Assembly (NCBI GenBank): GCA_937126915.1
Contig: CAKZLM010000171.1
Span: 2,688 to 66,687 of the forward strand
Length of the DNA stretch: 64,000 nucleotides
Reading direction: 5' to 3'
Origin: an uncultured Alphaproteobacteria bacterium
GTDB lineage: Bacteria > Pseudomonadota > Alphaproteobacteria > Sphingomonadales > SMXR01
The notes beneath the pieces are model-generated. The model saw nothing but the letters and a program-made list of their open reading frames with translations, made no database searches and was not told the origin of the DNA. This document shows, in pieces, positions 47,115 through 58,037 of the stretch (the stretch's first letter is position 1; every line of letters begins with the position of its first letter). The position numbers were made by a program, and so were the translations under genes.

Positions 47115-48172
47115 AACGCACCCTCATCAGAAAGGGTTTTTGCAACATCAATATTTCGTTTCGCTTTTGGAACAATTTTATCCAGCCATCTTCTCAAAGG
47201 ATGCAAAAGAGGGTTTTCTAAACCCTTCTCCAGCAACGTCCAAACATGGCCATTCATTTTAGGATAATGATGTTTTCCATCGCGGTGCGACAATCTTGTA
47301 AAAATACCAATAATTTTCATGTTGCGCTGGGCGCCCAGCAAATCATAGGCATCACGCAGGGCCTTAATGTCTTGAATGCCAGCCTTTTGGCAATAATGAT
47401 CAAAACATGCCGCTGCCAGCTGGGGCGACACTTTGCGGCGCGCATCCAGCAACAGTGACACCAAATCATAGGCTGGATGCCCCCTTAAAGCATCTTGAAA
47501 GTCCAACAAGCCAATGGCATGCGGGGATGAATGGTTGCTAAGGCGCATTAAATTATCAGCATGATAATCGCGCAAAACCACAACTGATTTTTCAGCCTTC
47601 ATTAGGGGAAACAACGGCCGCCAAAAATCTAGTAATTGCTGGCGATATTGATGCTTTTCACCCTCAACTCCTAAGGCAGGCAAATACCAATCGGTGAAAA
47701 GACATAATTCAGTTTCTAAAATTTGCTGATCATAAGGCTTCAGATCGTGTGACAAGGGCCCCGTTGGGGTTTGATGCTCAACGACAATGGGTGACGGAGT
47801 ATCGCACTGATGGAGATGCACCAACACGTCAATCGCTTTAAAATATAAGTCTTTTTCGCTTGAAGGATCTCGTTGCATCACCTTGGTGAAGGTTTCATCG
47901 CCCAAATCATCCAACAAAAGAAAGCCACTCTCAAAATCCATCGCCAAAACAGAAGGTGCCACCAACCCTGCATCGCGCAACCATTGCGCCATCGCCACAA
48001 AGGGAATGATGTCTTCTTTTTCAGGCGGGGCATCCATCAAGACCCAGCTTTTACCCTGCAATTTGACACGGTCATATTTTCGAAATGACGCATCGCCTGC
48101 TAGCAAACGAACATCGGCATCCTGCAAACCCTGTTTCGCCAAAAAGGCCTTTTTTAAGTCAATTCTTGTCAC
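47111..48172 (-). CDS. amgK: Aminoglycoside-phosphotransferase-fold kinase, AmgK-like (anomeric MurNAc/GlcNAc kinase)
   Basis: APH-fold catalytic motifs LRDYHADNLM and LLDFQDA. It is paired with the murU-like gene. Confidence 0.7.
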   Translation of the reverse strand: MTRIDLKKAFLAKQGLQDADVRLLAGDASFRKYDRVKLQGKSWVLMDAPPEKEDIIPFVAMAQWLRDAGLVAPSVLAMDFESGFLLLDDLGDETFTKVMQRDPSSEKDLYFKAIDVLVHLHQCDTPSPIVVEHQTPTGPLSHDLKPYDQQILETELCLFTDWYLPALGVEGEKHQYRQQLLDFWRPLFPLMKAEKSVVVLRDYHADNLMRLSNHSSPHAIGLLDFQDALRGHPAYDLVSLLLDARRKVSPQLAAACFDHYCQKAGIQDIKALRDAYDLLGAQRNMKIIGIFTRLSHRDGKHHYPKMNGHVWTLLEKGLENPLLHPLRRWLDKIVPKAKRNIDVAKTLSDEGAL

Positions 48173-48207
48173 ATTTTTCTCTTTAATTGCCCCAATTATG
48201 GGAGGTC

Positions 48208-48717
48208 TTAATCTTCAAAAAACCCTAAGCCAGACAGCCGCGCTTGCCATTTAAAATCACCAAAAAAGCCATAGGTTCTGGTGCTTTCACCTTGATCATT
48301 GGTTTGCCCGGCTTTTATGGTGATGACAAGGCTGTTTTCAGGCAACAATGAGCCCATCTTCTCTGGCCATTCAATGAGACTTGCGGCTTCTGATAGGCCC
48401 TGCTGAAAACCCAACTCAGTTATATCCTCTGGCTGTTCTAGACGATATAAATCATAGTGCCAAATAGCACCACCATCATGTAACAAACCATCATAAGGTT
48501 GAACAAGCGTATAGGTTGGACTGGGAACTTCTAACTTATCATTCATCGCTGCTGCACGGATCAAACAGCGGGCTAAGTGGCTTTTACCGCTACCTAAATC
48601 ACCCGAAAGGGCTACGACATCGCCAATTTTTAAAACCCCAAATATAAAGTCAGCAATTTGATGGCTGGCTTCTAAATCAATGTTTTTTATTTGTTTTAAG
48701 GGGATTAATTTTGACAT
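48208..48717 (-). CDS. tsaE: tRNA t6A37 biosynthesis ATPase TsaE
   Basis: Walker A GDLGSGKSHLAR, plus SPTYTL and HYDLYR motifs. Confidence 0.88.
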   Translation of the reverse strand: MSKLIPLKQIKNIDLEASHQIADFIFGVLKIGDVVALSGDLGSGKSHLARCLIRAAAMNDKLEVPSPTYTLVQPYDGLLHDGGAIWHYDLYRLEQPEDITELGFQQGLSEAASLIEWPEKMGSLLPENSLVITIKAGQTNDQGESTRTYGFFGDFKWQARLSGLGFFED

Positions 48718-48806
48718 GGAAACATTCAGTTCTTTGCTCAGTTTTTCTCTTAAATATTCTCTTGTATATTCGCTGGGACACTTGTTTTTAGCCCGTGGTT
48801 AAATCG

Positions 48807-51275
48807 TTAATCTATAGACAGTTGTTGGTCGCTTGGCTGCTTAGCATGTTTTGGGATATAGGCAATAACCTTTGTACCCATTTCAGGCGCGGAATCAACA
48901 TCCACGTGCCCCCCATGAAATTCAACAAAGCTTTTAACCAATGATAGCCCCATGCCCATTTTATGCTTACGACCGCCATCATCTTCTAGGTTGATAAAAC
49001 TTCTAAATAAATTCAAGGCGCTGCTTGCAGGCAAACTCATGCTATCATCGATAACGGATACCCGTATCATGTCATCCTCCTCAACCGCCTCCACAATAAT
49101 TTCACCCCCTGGGCTGGTTAAATCAATGGCGGATGTGATCATATTATACACCGCATGGCTAATACGGCGCTGATCCACTTGTATAGTCCCTAGGTCTTCG
49201 GCAACATCGAAATCAAGCGTAATACTGGCTTGACGGGCTTTCTCTTGAGCCAAATTCTTAACCTGCTCTAACAACTCATTGATCTGACACGGTCCAATTT
49301 CAAGGGTTAATTTACCCGCTTCGAGCACCGCAAGGTCAAGGATATTATCAATCAACTGTTTTAAGCTATCTGACGCTTGCAGGATGGAGCCTAAATATTC
49401 TTTTTGCTTATCTGTTACGGGCCCGAAATATTGCTGCTCTAATAATTCAGTAAAACCGATAATAGTGTTCAAGGGTGTTCTTAATTCATAAGAAACGTTG
49501 GCCACAAATTCCGATTTAATTTTATCGGCCACTTCCAAGGCTTGTGCCCGCTGTTTTAGGGCCAACGCACGGTTGGCAGTATCGGTCATATCTAAAAAGG
49601 TTAACAAACAAGCGCCATCTGGCAGAGGCACTGATACCAATTGAAGGGTGCGGCCATCGGCCATCGACCATATTTGCTGGGCACTTTCACGGGAACTTAG
49701 AACCGCCAATAATTGTTGATATTGGCTTTCATGGTCCATGTCTTTCAAGGCTAATTGCTCGGCGTTGGCATCAAAAACATCACGCAATAAAACCTTTTGC
49801 CCCACTTGATCTGTATCCAAATTCCACATTTCAGCAAAATTCAGATTATAAAGCTCAATTTCACCATTACTGGCAATCAAGGCCACCCCTTCTTGGAGAT
49901 TATTCAAGGTCTCGCGCTGTACGGCTAGGGATGTGTTATAACTGCGCTCTAGAGCAATTTTATCGGTCACATCATCCATCACAAAGATCAACCCACCATC
50001 CAAATACGGCGACGCTGCAATCCTTAAGACCTTATCATCGGGCAAATATAATAAGCTTACTTTTGGCTCGACCAAATTTTTATAATCATCCAAAACCTTT
50101 GTCTTCCATGCATTAAAGTCTTTCTTTTCTGGAAGTTGGCGGGCATCTCTCAAGCGATTAAGCAACTCACTGTGGGTTGGCCGTGTTTCAAGCCATTTAT
50201 AATCCAATTTGAAAATATCCATCACCGCCTGATTATAAAATTCAAGCCGCTGATCAGAGGAGAATATAACCACAGCGGAAGACAAAGCGTTCAATGTTAT
50301 GGCTTGACTGCGTTTTAGGTTATCAAGACGATGGCTTAAGTCAGAAAAATCACTAATGTCGAAAGCAACCCCTAGCAGCAGGGCAGCTTCTTGCTCGTTA
50401 GCTTGGTTTTGGCCCGCAACCTCAATCAGTTGCATCTGGCGACGTTTGCCATTTAAAACCATTTTAACCGCTTCTTGGCGAATCTCACGGCTTTCCATAC
50501 ATTGTTTGGCAATGGCGGCACGCACCTCGATTGAACGATTAAGCAAGTCACTGTTTTTGGTGAGTGCATCATCAAGAGTTTCTTCACCGACAATGCTTAA
50601 ATAGCACTGATTCGCCCATAACAATTGGCCTGAACGAGAACTAAACCATACCGGACAAGGCAACATATCGATGGCTTGCTTGGTTAACCGCTCCATTTGT
50701 GAGAAAAAGTCACTTGCCACCTGAAGCGATTTCAAATTTTTTGCCATGTCGGTTTGATTTACGACCCACAATACGCGGCTAAATCGGCCATCAGAACAGG
50801 CTTTTGTTGACGACTTTAGGTGAAACACCTGCTCATTATAAAAAGTTGCTTCACTTTTAAAGGTTTCCACTTCACGGCAATTTAGCAAAAATTCAACATG
50901 CTCTTCAAACGCCTTGATCATGCCACTATTGTGATTATCAGCAGGGGCAAGGGCATCCATCAAGGCTGTAACGGTTTTTGGATGATGGTCCAAACGCAAC
51001 AATCCGCGCAAACGGTTAGAGATAACAACACCTGCCTCATCGTCATCATCATCTAACTGCACCAACAACCAAAAATCATCTTGGCTACGCATGGCGTGCC
51101 AATAATCTTCTTGTAGACGCGATAAGCGTTTGTTCTTTTGGCTTAGGTCTGACACTCTATGGCGATAAATCATCAACAGGACGGTCACCAAAAAAAGTGC
51201 CAAGATTAACAGCGTGACAACCACCGTTTGATCAGCACCACCATCAGCCAATATCTGCCATCCCGACGTTTGCAT
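48807..51275 (-). CDS. Membrane-anchored multi-PAS sensor histidine kinase
   Basis: One N-terminal TM segment and several PAS-like segments. H-box VSYELRTPLNTIIGF and ATPase box MGMGLSLVKSFVEFHGG. The start could be ATG 51275 or GTG 51290. Confidence 0.85.
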   Translation of the reverse strand: MQTSGWQILADGGADQTVVVTLLILALFLVTVLLMIYRHRVSDLSQKNKRLSRLQEDYWHAMRSQDDFWLLVQLDDDDDEAGVVISNRLRGLLRLDHHPKTVTALMDALAPADNHNSGMIKAFEEHVEFLLNCREVETFKSEATFYNEQVFHLKSSTKACSDGRFSRVLWVVNQTDMAKNLKSLQVASDFFSQMERLTKQAIDMLPCPVWFSSRSGQLLWANQCYLSIVGEETLDDALTKNSDLLNRSIEVRAAIAKQCMESREIRQEAVKMVLNGKRRQMQLIEVAGQNQANEQEAALLLGVAFDISDFSDLSHRLDNLKRSQAITLNALSSAVVIFSSDQRLEFYNQAVMDIFKLDYKWLETRPTHSELLNRLRDARQLPEKKDFNAWKTKVLDDYKNLVEPKVSLLYLPDDKVLRIAASPYLDGGLIFVMDDVTDKIALERSYNTSLAVQRETLNNLQEGVALIASNGEIELYNLNFAEMWNLDTDQVGQKVLLRDVFDANAEQLALKDMDHESQYQQLLAVLSSRESAQQIWSMADGRTLQLVSVPLPDGACLLTFLDMTDTANRALALKQRAQALEVADKIKSEFVANVSYELRTPLNTIIGFTELLEQQYFGPVTDKQKEYLGSILQASDSLKQLIDNILDLAVLEAGKLTLEIGPCQINELLEQVKNLAQEKARQASITLDFDVAEDLGTIQVDQRRISHAVYNMITSAIDLTSPGGEIIVEAVEEDDMIRVSVIDDSMSLPASSALNLFRSFINLEDDGGRKHKMGMGLSLVKSFVEFHGGHVDVDSAPEMGTKVIAYIPKHAKQPSDQQLSID

Positions 51276-51362
51276 ATATACCCAAACCACCCATCACTTT
51301 TAAACGATTTAGACAGCTTATCTTAGCCTTTTCCATATAGCAAGAAGATGACAAAGCCCCCT

Positions 51363-51400
51363 AAAAACAAATGGGCCGGATCATCGAAGACCCAGCCCAC
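51363..51400 (-). terminator. Rho-independent terminator after ahcY
   Basis: On the minus strand GTGGGCTGGG...CCGGCCCAT forms a hairpin with one mismatch, followed by TTGTTTTT. Confidence 0.6.
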
Positions 51401-51425
51401 TTTTACAATACACTGATCAACAGCC

Positions 51426-52718
51426 TTAATAACGGTAATGCTCAGGCTTGAACGGACCCTCAACAGGAACGTTGATATATTTGGCTTGCTTTTCGTTCAA
51501 TTGTGTTAACATCACACCCAGTTTATCTAGGTGAAGAGCTGCTACTTTCTCGTCCAATTTTTTAGGCAAGACATACACTTCATTGTCATAGTTTTCATGA
51601 TGATGCCAAAGCTCAATTTGAGCCAACACTTGGTTGGTGAAAGAAGCAGACATCACAAAGCTTGGATGACCAGTGGCACAGCCAAGATTAACCAAACGGC
51701 CCTTAGCAAGAACGATCAATCGCTTACCATCAGGGAACACAACTTCGTCAACTTGTGGCTTAACTTCCTCCCATGTATAGTTTTCCAAAGCAGCAATTTG
51801 AATTTCACTGTCAAAGTGGCCAATGTTACAAACAATAGCACGATCTTTCATCGCACGCATATGTTCAAGAGTGATGATATCAACATTACCAGTGGTGGTG
51901 ACAAAAATATCAGCAACAGAAGCTGCATGCTCCATGGTTACAACTTCATAACCTTCCATGGCCGCTTGCAGTGCACAAATTGGGTCAATTTCAGTAACCA
52001 TGACACGGGCACCTTGACTGCGCAGTGATTCAGCAGACCCTTTACCCACATCACCGTAACCAGCAACAACCGCAATTTTACCCGCGATCATCACGTCAGT
52101 GGCGCGTTTAATGCCATCAACCAAGCTCTCACGGCAGCCATAAAGGTTATCAAATTTTGATTTGGTCACACTGTCATTGACGTTAATGGCCGGAACCAAA
52201 AGTTCGCCTTTTTTCGCCATTTCATAAAGACGAAGAACGCCCGTGGTGGTTTCTTCAGAGATACCCTTCACGTCTTTCATCAATTCAGGATAATCATCAT
52301 GCATGATTTGAGTTAAGTCACCACCATCGTCCAAAATCATGTTAGGGGTCCAACCATCAGGGCCTTTAATCGTTTGATGGATGCACCATTCAGCTTCTTC
52401 TTCTGTTTCACCTTTCCACGCAAAAACTGGAATGCCAGCAGCAGCCATTGCCGCCGCCGCCTGATCTTGGGTTGAGAAGATGTTGCATGAAGACCAGCGA
52501 ACTTCTGCACCAAGGGCCGTCAAAGTTTCAATCAAAACAGCTGTTTGAATAGTCATGTGTAAGCAGCCAGCGATTCTGGCACCTTTTAAAGGTTGCTCAC
52601 TGCCAAACTCTTCACGAAGCGCCATCAAACCGGGCATTTCAGTTTCAGCAATTTTAATTTCTTTACGGCCCCAGTCAGCAAGACTGATGTCGGCAACCTT
52701 ATAATCTTGTGCAGTCAT
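51426..52718 (-). CDS. ahcY: Adenosylhomocysteinase
   Basis: A 430-aa ORF with the NAD-binding motif GYGDVGKG and a conserved C-terminal HYRY. Confidence 0.96.
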   Translation of the reverse strand: MTAQDYKVADISLADWGRKEIKIAETEMPGLMALREEFGSEQPLKGARIAGCLHMTIQTAVLIETLTALGAEVRWSSCNIFSTQDQAAAAMAAAGIPVFAWKGETEEEAEWCIHQTIKGPDGWTPNMILDDGGDLTQIMHDDYPELMKDVKGISEETTTGVLRLYEMAKKGELLVPAINVNDSVTKSKFDNLYGCRESLVDGIKRATDVMIAGKIAVVAGYGDVGKGSAESLRSQGARVMVTEIDPICALQAAMEGYEVVTMEHAASVADIFVTTTGNVDIITLEHMRAMKDRAIVCNIGHFDSEIQIAALENYTWEEVKPQVDEVVFPDGKRLIVLAKGRLVNLGCATGHPSFVMSASFTNQVLAQIELWHHHENYDNEVYVLPKKLDEKVAALHLDKLGVMLTQLNEKQAKYINVPVEGPFKPEHYRY

Positions 52719-52851
52719 CTCGATATCCTTAAAATCATGTCAGACGTTGTGTGAAAATGGTTCACATATGCCCAAACGGCGTCGTTATGGCTCGGCTTAT
52801 AACAGGAAGGGCTATGACTCGCAAGTATAAAGATATCTTTATATAGTTATT

Positions 52852-53124
52852 TTACTGATCTTCATCAAATAAGTTGTTAATCAACCCAAGCACCGCTTCC
52901 ATCGCTTCTTGTTTTTCAGGGCCAGAGGTTTCAATGGTAATTTGCTCACCCTTACTGGCCGCCAATAACAACAAACCCATAATTGATGTGCCTGTGACAC
53001 GAACATCTGATTTGATGACAAAAACCTCGGCATCAAATTTTTCTGCCATACGAACTAACTTGGCTGATGCCCGGGCATGCAATCCGCGTTTATTTTGAAT
53101 ATAAATATCGTTGGTCAGTGTCAC
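52852..53124 (-). CDS. ptsH: HPr-family phosphocarrier protein
   Basis: A 90-aa ORF with GLHARAS (His15 site) and GTSIMGLL (Ser46 site). Confidence 0.88.
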   Translation of the reverse strand: MTLTNDIYIQNKRGLHARASAKLVRMAEKFDAEVFVIKSDVRVTGTSIMGLLLLAASKGEQITIETSGPEKQEAMEAVLGLINNLFDEDQ

Positions 53125-53179
53125 ACGTGTTCCTCACACCATCTTTCTGCATAAACAAAACCTAAATTAGGGCTCCCCG

Positions 53180-53584
53180 CTAGTTACCGCCCGCCAAAAC
53201 CTTTGAAGCAATATTAATATATTTCATGCCCGCATCTGCCGCTGCTTCAACCGCATCTTCTAGTGAAACAGAATTGCGCACACTGGCCAATTTAATGAGC
53301 ATTGGTAAGTTAACACCAGCCAAAACCTCAATTTTGCCAACCTCCATAATGGAAATGGCCATATTAGAAGGCGTGCCTCCAAACATATCGGTTAGGATAA
53401 TGACGCCATTGCCCAAATCCACCTCATGGGCCGCATTTTGAATTTCAGCAAGGCGTTCTTCCATATCATCATCAGGCCCAATACAAATGGTTTTGGTGGC
53501 TTCTTGCGCACCAACCACATGCTCCATTGCCGAGAGAAATTCGATTGCTAAATCGCCGTGTGTTACCAACACCAACCCTATCAT
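53180..53584 (-). CDS. PTS EIIA component, mannose/fructose family
   Basis: MIGLVLVTHGDLA carries the phosphorylatable His. 134 aa. It has the fold-typical GGTP motif. Confidence 0.85.
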   Translation of the reverse strand: MIGLVLVTHGDLAIEFLSAMEHVVGAQEATKTICIGPDDDMEERLAEIQNAAHEVDLGNGVIILTDMFGGTPSNMAISIMEVGKIEVLAGVNLPMLIKLASVRNSVSLEDAVEAAADAGMKYINIASKVLAGGN

Positions 53585-53611
53585 AATAGTCTCCTTAGCC
53601 TGTGTGTCCCA

Positions 53612-54496
53612 TTAAACCATATTAAGCTCGCGGTGAACAATTGTCACCCGATAGCCCGAATACTCAAGGAAATGCCCCAATTTATCAGCGGTAAAAACCG
53701 AACGATGACGCCCACCAGTGCAGCCAAACGCAATATTAAGATAAGACTTACCTTCTTCTTGATAAAGCGGCAGCAAAGACATCAATAAATCGGTGATTTT
53801 CGAGAAAAACGGATCAAAATTTTCATCTTCTTCGATAAATTCACCCACTTCGCGATCTAACCCGGTTTTTGCTTTCATTTCGAGTACGTAATGAGGGTTT
53901 TTCAAAAACCTCACGTCAAATAAAAGGTCGGCGCTACGGGGTAAACCCTTCCCAAAACCAAAGGACGAACAAACGATGGTTAAATAACTGGATGACTGCT
54001 CGTTATATAATTCTTTAATACGGCGCTTGGCATCGTGGACATTATAGCTGGTCGAATCAAAAATAATGTCTGCCTGATCTTTTATCGGCGACAAAAGCTC
54101 GCGTTCATGGGCAATGCCATCTTCAATGGGGCGGTCTTGCGCCATCGGATGGCGACGACGGGTTTCTGAAAAGCGTTTGCTTAATTCTTCATTGGCACAG
54201 TCCAAATAAAGAACCGATAGATCAACCCGCCAATTTTGTTTTAAAAGGGCAATTTGCTCAACCACTCGTTTTGGTTGAAAGGCACGGGTTCTTAAGTCAA
54301 TACCAATGGCGACAGGGCGGTTTTCCGCATGGCCTGGGGTATCATCCTCTAATTTTAATAATTTCGGAATAAGCGCCAACGGCAAATTATCAACGGTTTC
54401 ATAGCCCAAATCTTCAAAGGTATGAAGAACGGTGGTTTTCCCAGCCCCTGAAAGGCCTGTCACCAATATAACCCGTGTTTTGTTTGCTTCTTTCAT
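53612..54496 (-). CDS. rapZ: RNase adapter / nucleotide-binding protein RapZ
   Basis: Walker A GLSGAGKTT and the C-terminal CTGGRHRSV motif. It overlaps hprK by 4 nt. Confidence 0.9.
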   Translation of the reverse strand: MKEANKTRVILVTGLSGAGKTTVLHTFEDLGYETVDNLPLALIPKLLKLEDDTPGHAENRPVAIGIDLRTRAFQPKRVVEQIALLKQNWRVDLSVLYLDCANEELSKRFSETRRRHPMAQDRPIEDGIAHERELLSPIKDQADIIFDSTSYNVHDAKRRIKELYNEQSSSYLTIVCSSFGFGKGLPRSADLLFDVRFLKNPHYVLEMKAKTGLDREVGEFIEEDENFDPFFSKITDLLMSLLPLYQEEGKSYLNIAFGCTGGRHRSVFTADKLGHFLEYSGYRVTIVHRELNMV

Positions 54497-54969
54497 AAAG
54501 TTTTCCCATCACCCCCAGCTAATTGGCCTTTAAGACGCTTTACAAACCACTCTAGCTTGATTGTGGCAGAAACTTCAAATGGATTCAGTGTGATGAGGGG
54601 TAATTTCGTCTCTAAATGCGTAAAAAATTGTTCTTCTGGCAAGCGATCAAGGGGCAAGGTGGATAATTTTACGGCTGCTTGCAAAGGCCCTTTGGCACTA
54701 TGATCAACATCAACAATACCAATGTGGCGAATTTCCATTTTACCCGCAATTTTGGGCGCCGCTGATGCCCACAGGCCACCTTGACGCTGTTCAATTACAA
54801 CATAATCATCGGCAATAAGCTGGGCACCACGGTCGATCAAGCGCAAGCTAAAATCAGACTTGCCAGAGCCCGATGGCCCCAGAAGCAAAACCCCAACACC
54901 CCTCACCATCAGGGCATTTGCATGCAATAATTCCGTCATCTGGCTAATGTATCTCTTTTTGAGCAACAT
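54493..54969 (-). CDS. hprK: HPr kinase/phosphorylase, short alphaproteobacterial form (C-terminal domain only)
   Basis: A 158-aa ORF with P-loop LLGPSGSGKSD. The short length is typical of alphaproteobacterial HprK. Confidence 0.85.
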   Translation of the reverse strand: MLLKKRYISQMTELLHANALMVRGVGVLLLGPSGSGKSDFSLRLIDRGAQLIADDYVVIEQRQGGLWASAAPKIAGKMEIRHIGIVDVDHSAKGPLQAAVKLSTLPLDRLPEEQFFTHLETKLPLITLNPFEVSATIKLEWFVKRLKGQLAGGDGKTL

Positions 54970-55010
54970 TCAATCAAAAGAGCAAAAAACCTTGGACAAT
55001 CAGCGTCTTA

Positions 55011-56678
55011 TTAAGCAAGTGGCAAGCGAATAATAAACCGCGCGCCAACCACCGGCAAATCATGAACAAGCTCATCGGGCTTGGTGACAACCTCTTGGCC
55101 TTGCTCTTCATCAAGAATATTAACCGCCTCTATGGATCCATGATGCGCCTCAATGATTTGGCGTGAAATGCTTAACCCTAGGCCAGAATGGGTGCCAAAC
55201 GCTTCATCCGGTGGCCTTTCACTATAAAATCGGTCAAAAATCTTCTGGGTCGCCCCCGGCGGCAACCCCGGTCCTTGGTCATCAACCGTTAATTCCATAT
55301 AGGTTTTATACTTTTCTAAGGTCACGTCTATTTTGTCCTGTGGGGTGGAGAAAGAAACCGCATTATCCAGCAAATTACCAATTACTTGGCCTAGGCGACT
55401 GTCAATACCACGCACATATATATCGCCCTCACTGGGCCCATGATAATTCACTTGCACCTCACCACCCTTACCTGTGGTTTGATACGCATCCACCAATGAC
55501 CCCACCAGCAAGCCCATGTCCACTTTCTTGGTTTTGCCGCCTGATAATTCAGCGTCCAATCGTGACGCATCCGAAATATCTGTTATAAGGCGGTCAATAC
55601 GGCGCAAATCATCCTGCACGATGGCTAAGAGTTTTTCATGAACCTCAGGATTATCGGTGCGCTCAATGGTTTCCAGCGCACTGCGAATAGATGATAAAGG
55701 ATTTTTAATTTCATGGGCCACATCAGCGGCAAAGCTTTCAACCGCTCGCAATTGGGCATAAAGCGCCATGGTCATATCATAAACCGTTTGCGATAAATGA
55801 CCAATTTCATCGCGGCGATTGGCTGATTTTGCTAAGTCAGTCGAACGCCCCGTTCCTCGCCTTACGCGGTCAGCCGCGTGTGCCAATCTTTGAATGGGTC
55901 GTGCAATAGTACTGGCTAAAAAGAAGGACAATAACATGGTGACCAAAAAGGTCAGGCCGATGATGCGCAAAATGCTGATCCGTTCTTGACGCACAATATC
56001 TTGAATTGAGCTGGTATCAGCACTGACCATCAAAGCGCCCAAAACCCTTCGAAACCGCTGGATTGGAACAGCAACAGAGATCATCAAATCGCCATTCGCA
56101 ACGCGGCGCATGGTCACTTCGCGTTCGCCTGTTAAGGCGGTGATCACCTCGTCATAATCACGTGCTTCTTGTCCAGCGCGCTCACGATAAATTGGAATAG
56201 CATCATCAAATGTCAATTGATCCAACCAATCATTCAGTGAGTTCAAAATGGTTTCTTGCCAAGTTTGCTTCTGATCTGGGGGTGCTAAAGGGAACACCGA
56301 CACACCCGGCCCTAAAAACCGCGAATCAACCAACAAAGGCCCCTCAACCGCAAACAAACGTGCCCGGCTTTGCTGCGCTTCCAGCACACGGCCTAAAATT
56401 TGCCGCGCCGCTGTAATATCAATACTGGTGGCATCATCGCCGCCAGTAGCAGCCTCGCCCAAAGCACCAGAGATAATTTCTGCTTGGGCAATTAGTTGAT
56501 CAGTAAAATTGGCGACCAAATTTTGCCTAAATTGGTTTAAATACAATAGGCCACCGCCCAACATGGCAAGGGCCAGTAGGTTGACCGCCATAATCCTTAA
56601 AATAAGCGGTGAAAACACCCCGCCCAACGCACGTTTTTTGGGCGAGAACCGCGGTAATTTTGAGGATTGATCACTCAT
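55011..56678 (-). CDS. chvG: ChvG/ExoS/BvrS-type sensor histidine kinase
   Basis: Two TM segments flank a periplasmic domain. It also has a HAMP domain, H-box VAHEIKNPLSSI and ATPase box GLGLSISRQI. It lies downstream of chvI. Confidence 0.85.
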   Translation of the reverse strand: MSDQSSKLPRFSPKKRALGGVFSPLILRIMAVNLLALAMLGGGLLYLNQFRQNLVANFTDQLIAQAEIISGALGEAATGGDDATSIDITAARQILGRVLEAQQSRARLFAVEGPLLVDSRFLGPGVSVFPLAPPDQKQTWQETILNSLNDWLDQLTFDDAIPIYRERAGQEARDYDEVITALTGEREVTMRRVANGDLMISVAVPIQRFRRVLGALMVSADTSSIQDIVRQERISILRIIGLTFLVTMLLSFFLASTIARPIQRLAHAADRVRRGTGRSTDLAKSANRRDEIGHLSQTVYDMTMALYAQLRAVESFAADVAHEIKNPLSSIRSALETIERTDNPEVHEKLLAIVQDDLRRIDRLITDISDASRLDAELSGGKTKKVDMGLLVGSLVDAYQTTGKGGEVQVNYHGPSEGDIYVRGIDSRLGQVIGNLLDNAVSFSTPQDKIDVTLEKYKTYMELTVDDQGPGLPPGATQKIFDRFYSERPPDEAFGTHSGLGLSISRQIIEAHHGSIEAVNILDEEQGQEVVTKPDELVHDLPVVGARFIIRLPLA

Positions 56679-56782
56679 CTAATTTGTTTCCAACCATTGC
56701 TATCATCATCGCCTAGCAGCCATCAGGTTTTATAATTCGCGACATATCTGCACCATCATCCAATAAAGCCTAAAACCAAAAC

Positions 56783-57511
56783 TTAAGCGCCATCATCACT
56801 GTCGCTAAAGCGGTAGCCAACACCATATAGGGTTTCAATCGCCGTGAAGCTTTTGTCTTTATTGCGAAACTTTTTTCTCAATCGTTTGATGTGGCTATCA
56901 ATGGTGCGATCATCCACATAAATATCATCCGAATAAGCCGCATCCATCAATTGATCACGGCTTTTCACATGGCCAGGGTGCAGGGCCAAGGCCTCTAGGA
57001 TTAAAAATTCTGTCACCGTCAGATTAACCGTTACACCATCCCATTTCACCAAATGACGGTTGGTATCCAACAGCAATTTACCCCGTTCGATTACAGCATC
57101 TTCATTGTTGGGGGCTTCCCCTGACCCACTGGCACGCTCACCCACTGCCTCATAGCGTCTTAAAACCGCACGGATACGCTCAATCAACAACCGTTGCGAA
57201 AAAGGCTTGCCGATATAATCATCAGCGCCCATCTTTAGGCCCAAAACCTCATCAATCTCTTCGTCTTTCGAGGTTAGAAAAATCACTGGCATGTCGGTTT
57301 CTTGGCGCAATTTACGCAACAACTCCATACCATCCATGCGTGGCATTTTTATATCCAATACCGCCAAATCAGCGGGCTTGTCTGTCAAGGCCTTCAAGGC
57401 GCTGGCACCATCCATATAGGTGCGCACACGAAATCCTTCCGCCTCTAACGCAATGGTTACTGAGGTTAAAATATTGCGGTCATCATCAACTAAAGCAATG
57501 GTCGTGGTCAT
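56783..57511 (-). CDS. chvI: ChvI/BvrR-type OmpR-family response regulator
   Basis: The ATG at 57511 begins [14 protein letters not shown]. Receiver Asp in LAVLDIKMP, and a winged-helix C-terminus YGVGYRF. The ORF-track start at 57622 is an over-extension. Confidence 0.88.
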   Translation of the reverse strand: MTTTIALVDDDRNILTSVTIALEAEGFRVRTYMDGASALKALTDKPADLAVLDIKMPRMDGMELLRKLRQETDMPVIFLTSKDEEIDEVLGLKMGADDYIGKPFSQRLLIERIRAVLRRYEAVGERASGSGEAPNNEDAVIERGKLLLDTNRHLVKWDGVTVNLTVTEFLILEALALHPGHVKSRDQLMDAAYSDDIYVDDRTIDSHIKRLRKKFRNKDKSFTAIETLYGVGYRFSDSDDGA

Positions 57512-58037
57512 AAACAATTCCATCCAACGTCTTTTATGCGCCAACCATATGTTTTTAAATGTTTTATCGTGATTGGCTCGGCTATGCTTGACAGTATAAA
57601 AGCAAAGCAACTCATACTGCAACTAATAGAAATAACTGTTGTCATGAATCATGGCACAATAGCGGCTAGATTTTCGACAATATGTCGGAAAAAAGGCACC
57701 GTTGCGTGGCAATAAGAATGCATTTCTTGGGGCCTTTGCGAATCAATATCATCTCTATGGGGACATTTAAAAATGAGCCCCCGCAATAAAGCCCCTCAAT
57801 AAACACACAAAATTCTTCGGTTTTTGCCTTATAAACCTTTATCCCCACGACGCTTTTGGGAAATTTAATTATAAATTCAGAAAAAGACTTGATTTGTGCG
57901 CCCAAAAATCGCATTTTCCCGCGCAATGTAGACGGGTCAATCCAACGGTCCCTTTCTAAGGCTGTTTTCTTTGCCCGCCCTTTTATGACATTTTATTGGG
58001 CTTGTCCCCATCGTACAATTTTACAGGAGAGTGAACC

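Noticed and set aside
52719-52851. SAH riboswitch in the ahcY leader
   Set aside because: I read the 133-nt leader on the minus strand and did not find the conserved SAH-riboswitch core, as I remember it (GAGGAGCG...CAGGCUCG...AACGGCGCUC). Only unrelated short stems are present. An Infernal scan with RF01057 would settle it.
54493-54969. Is the 158-aa HprK a truncated pseudogene?
   Set aside because: Alphaproteobacterial HprK naturally lacks the N-terminal domain. The P-loop is intact, and the gene is translationally coupled (ATGA) to rapZ in the expected cluster.
57653-57668. Sigma-54 promoter-like TGGCAC-N5-CGGC in the chvI-pckA spacer
   Set aside because: The -24 element matches, but the -12 element is CGGC rather than TTGC. 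It lies about 380 nt from pckA, and no enhancer-binding-protein context is visible. Too weak to call.
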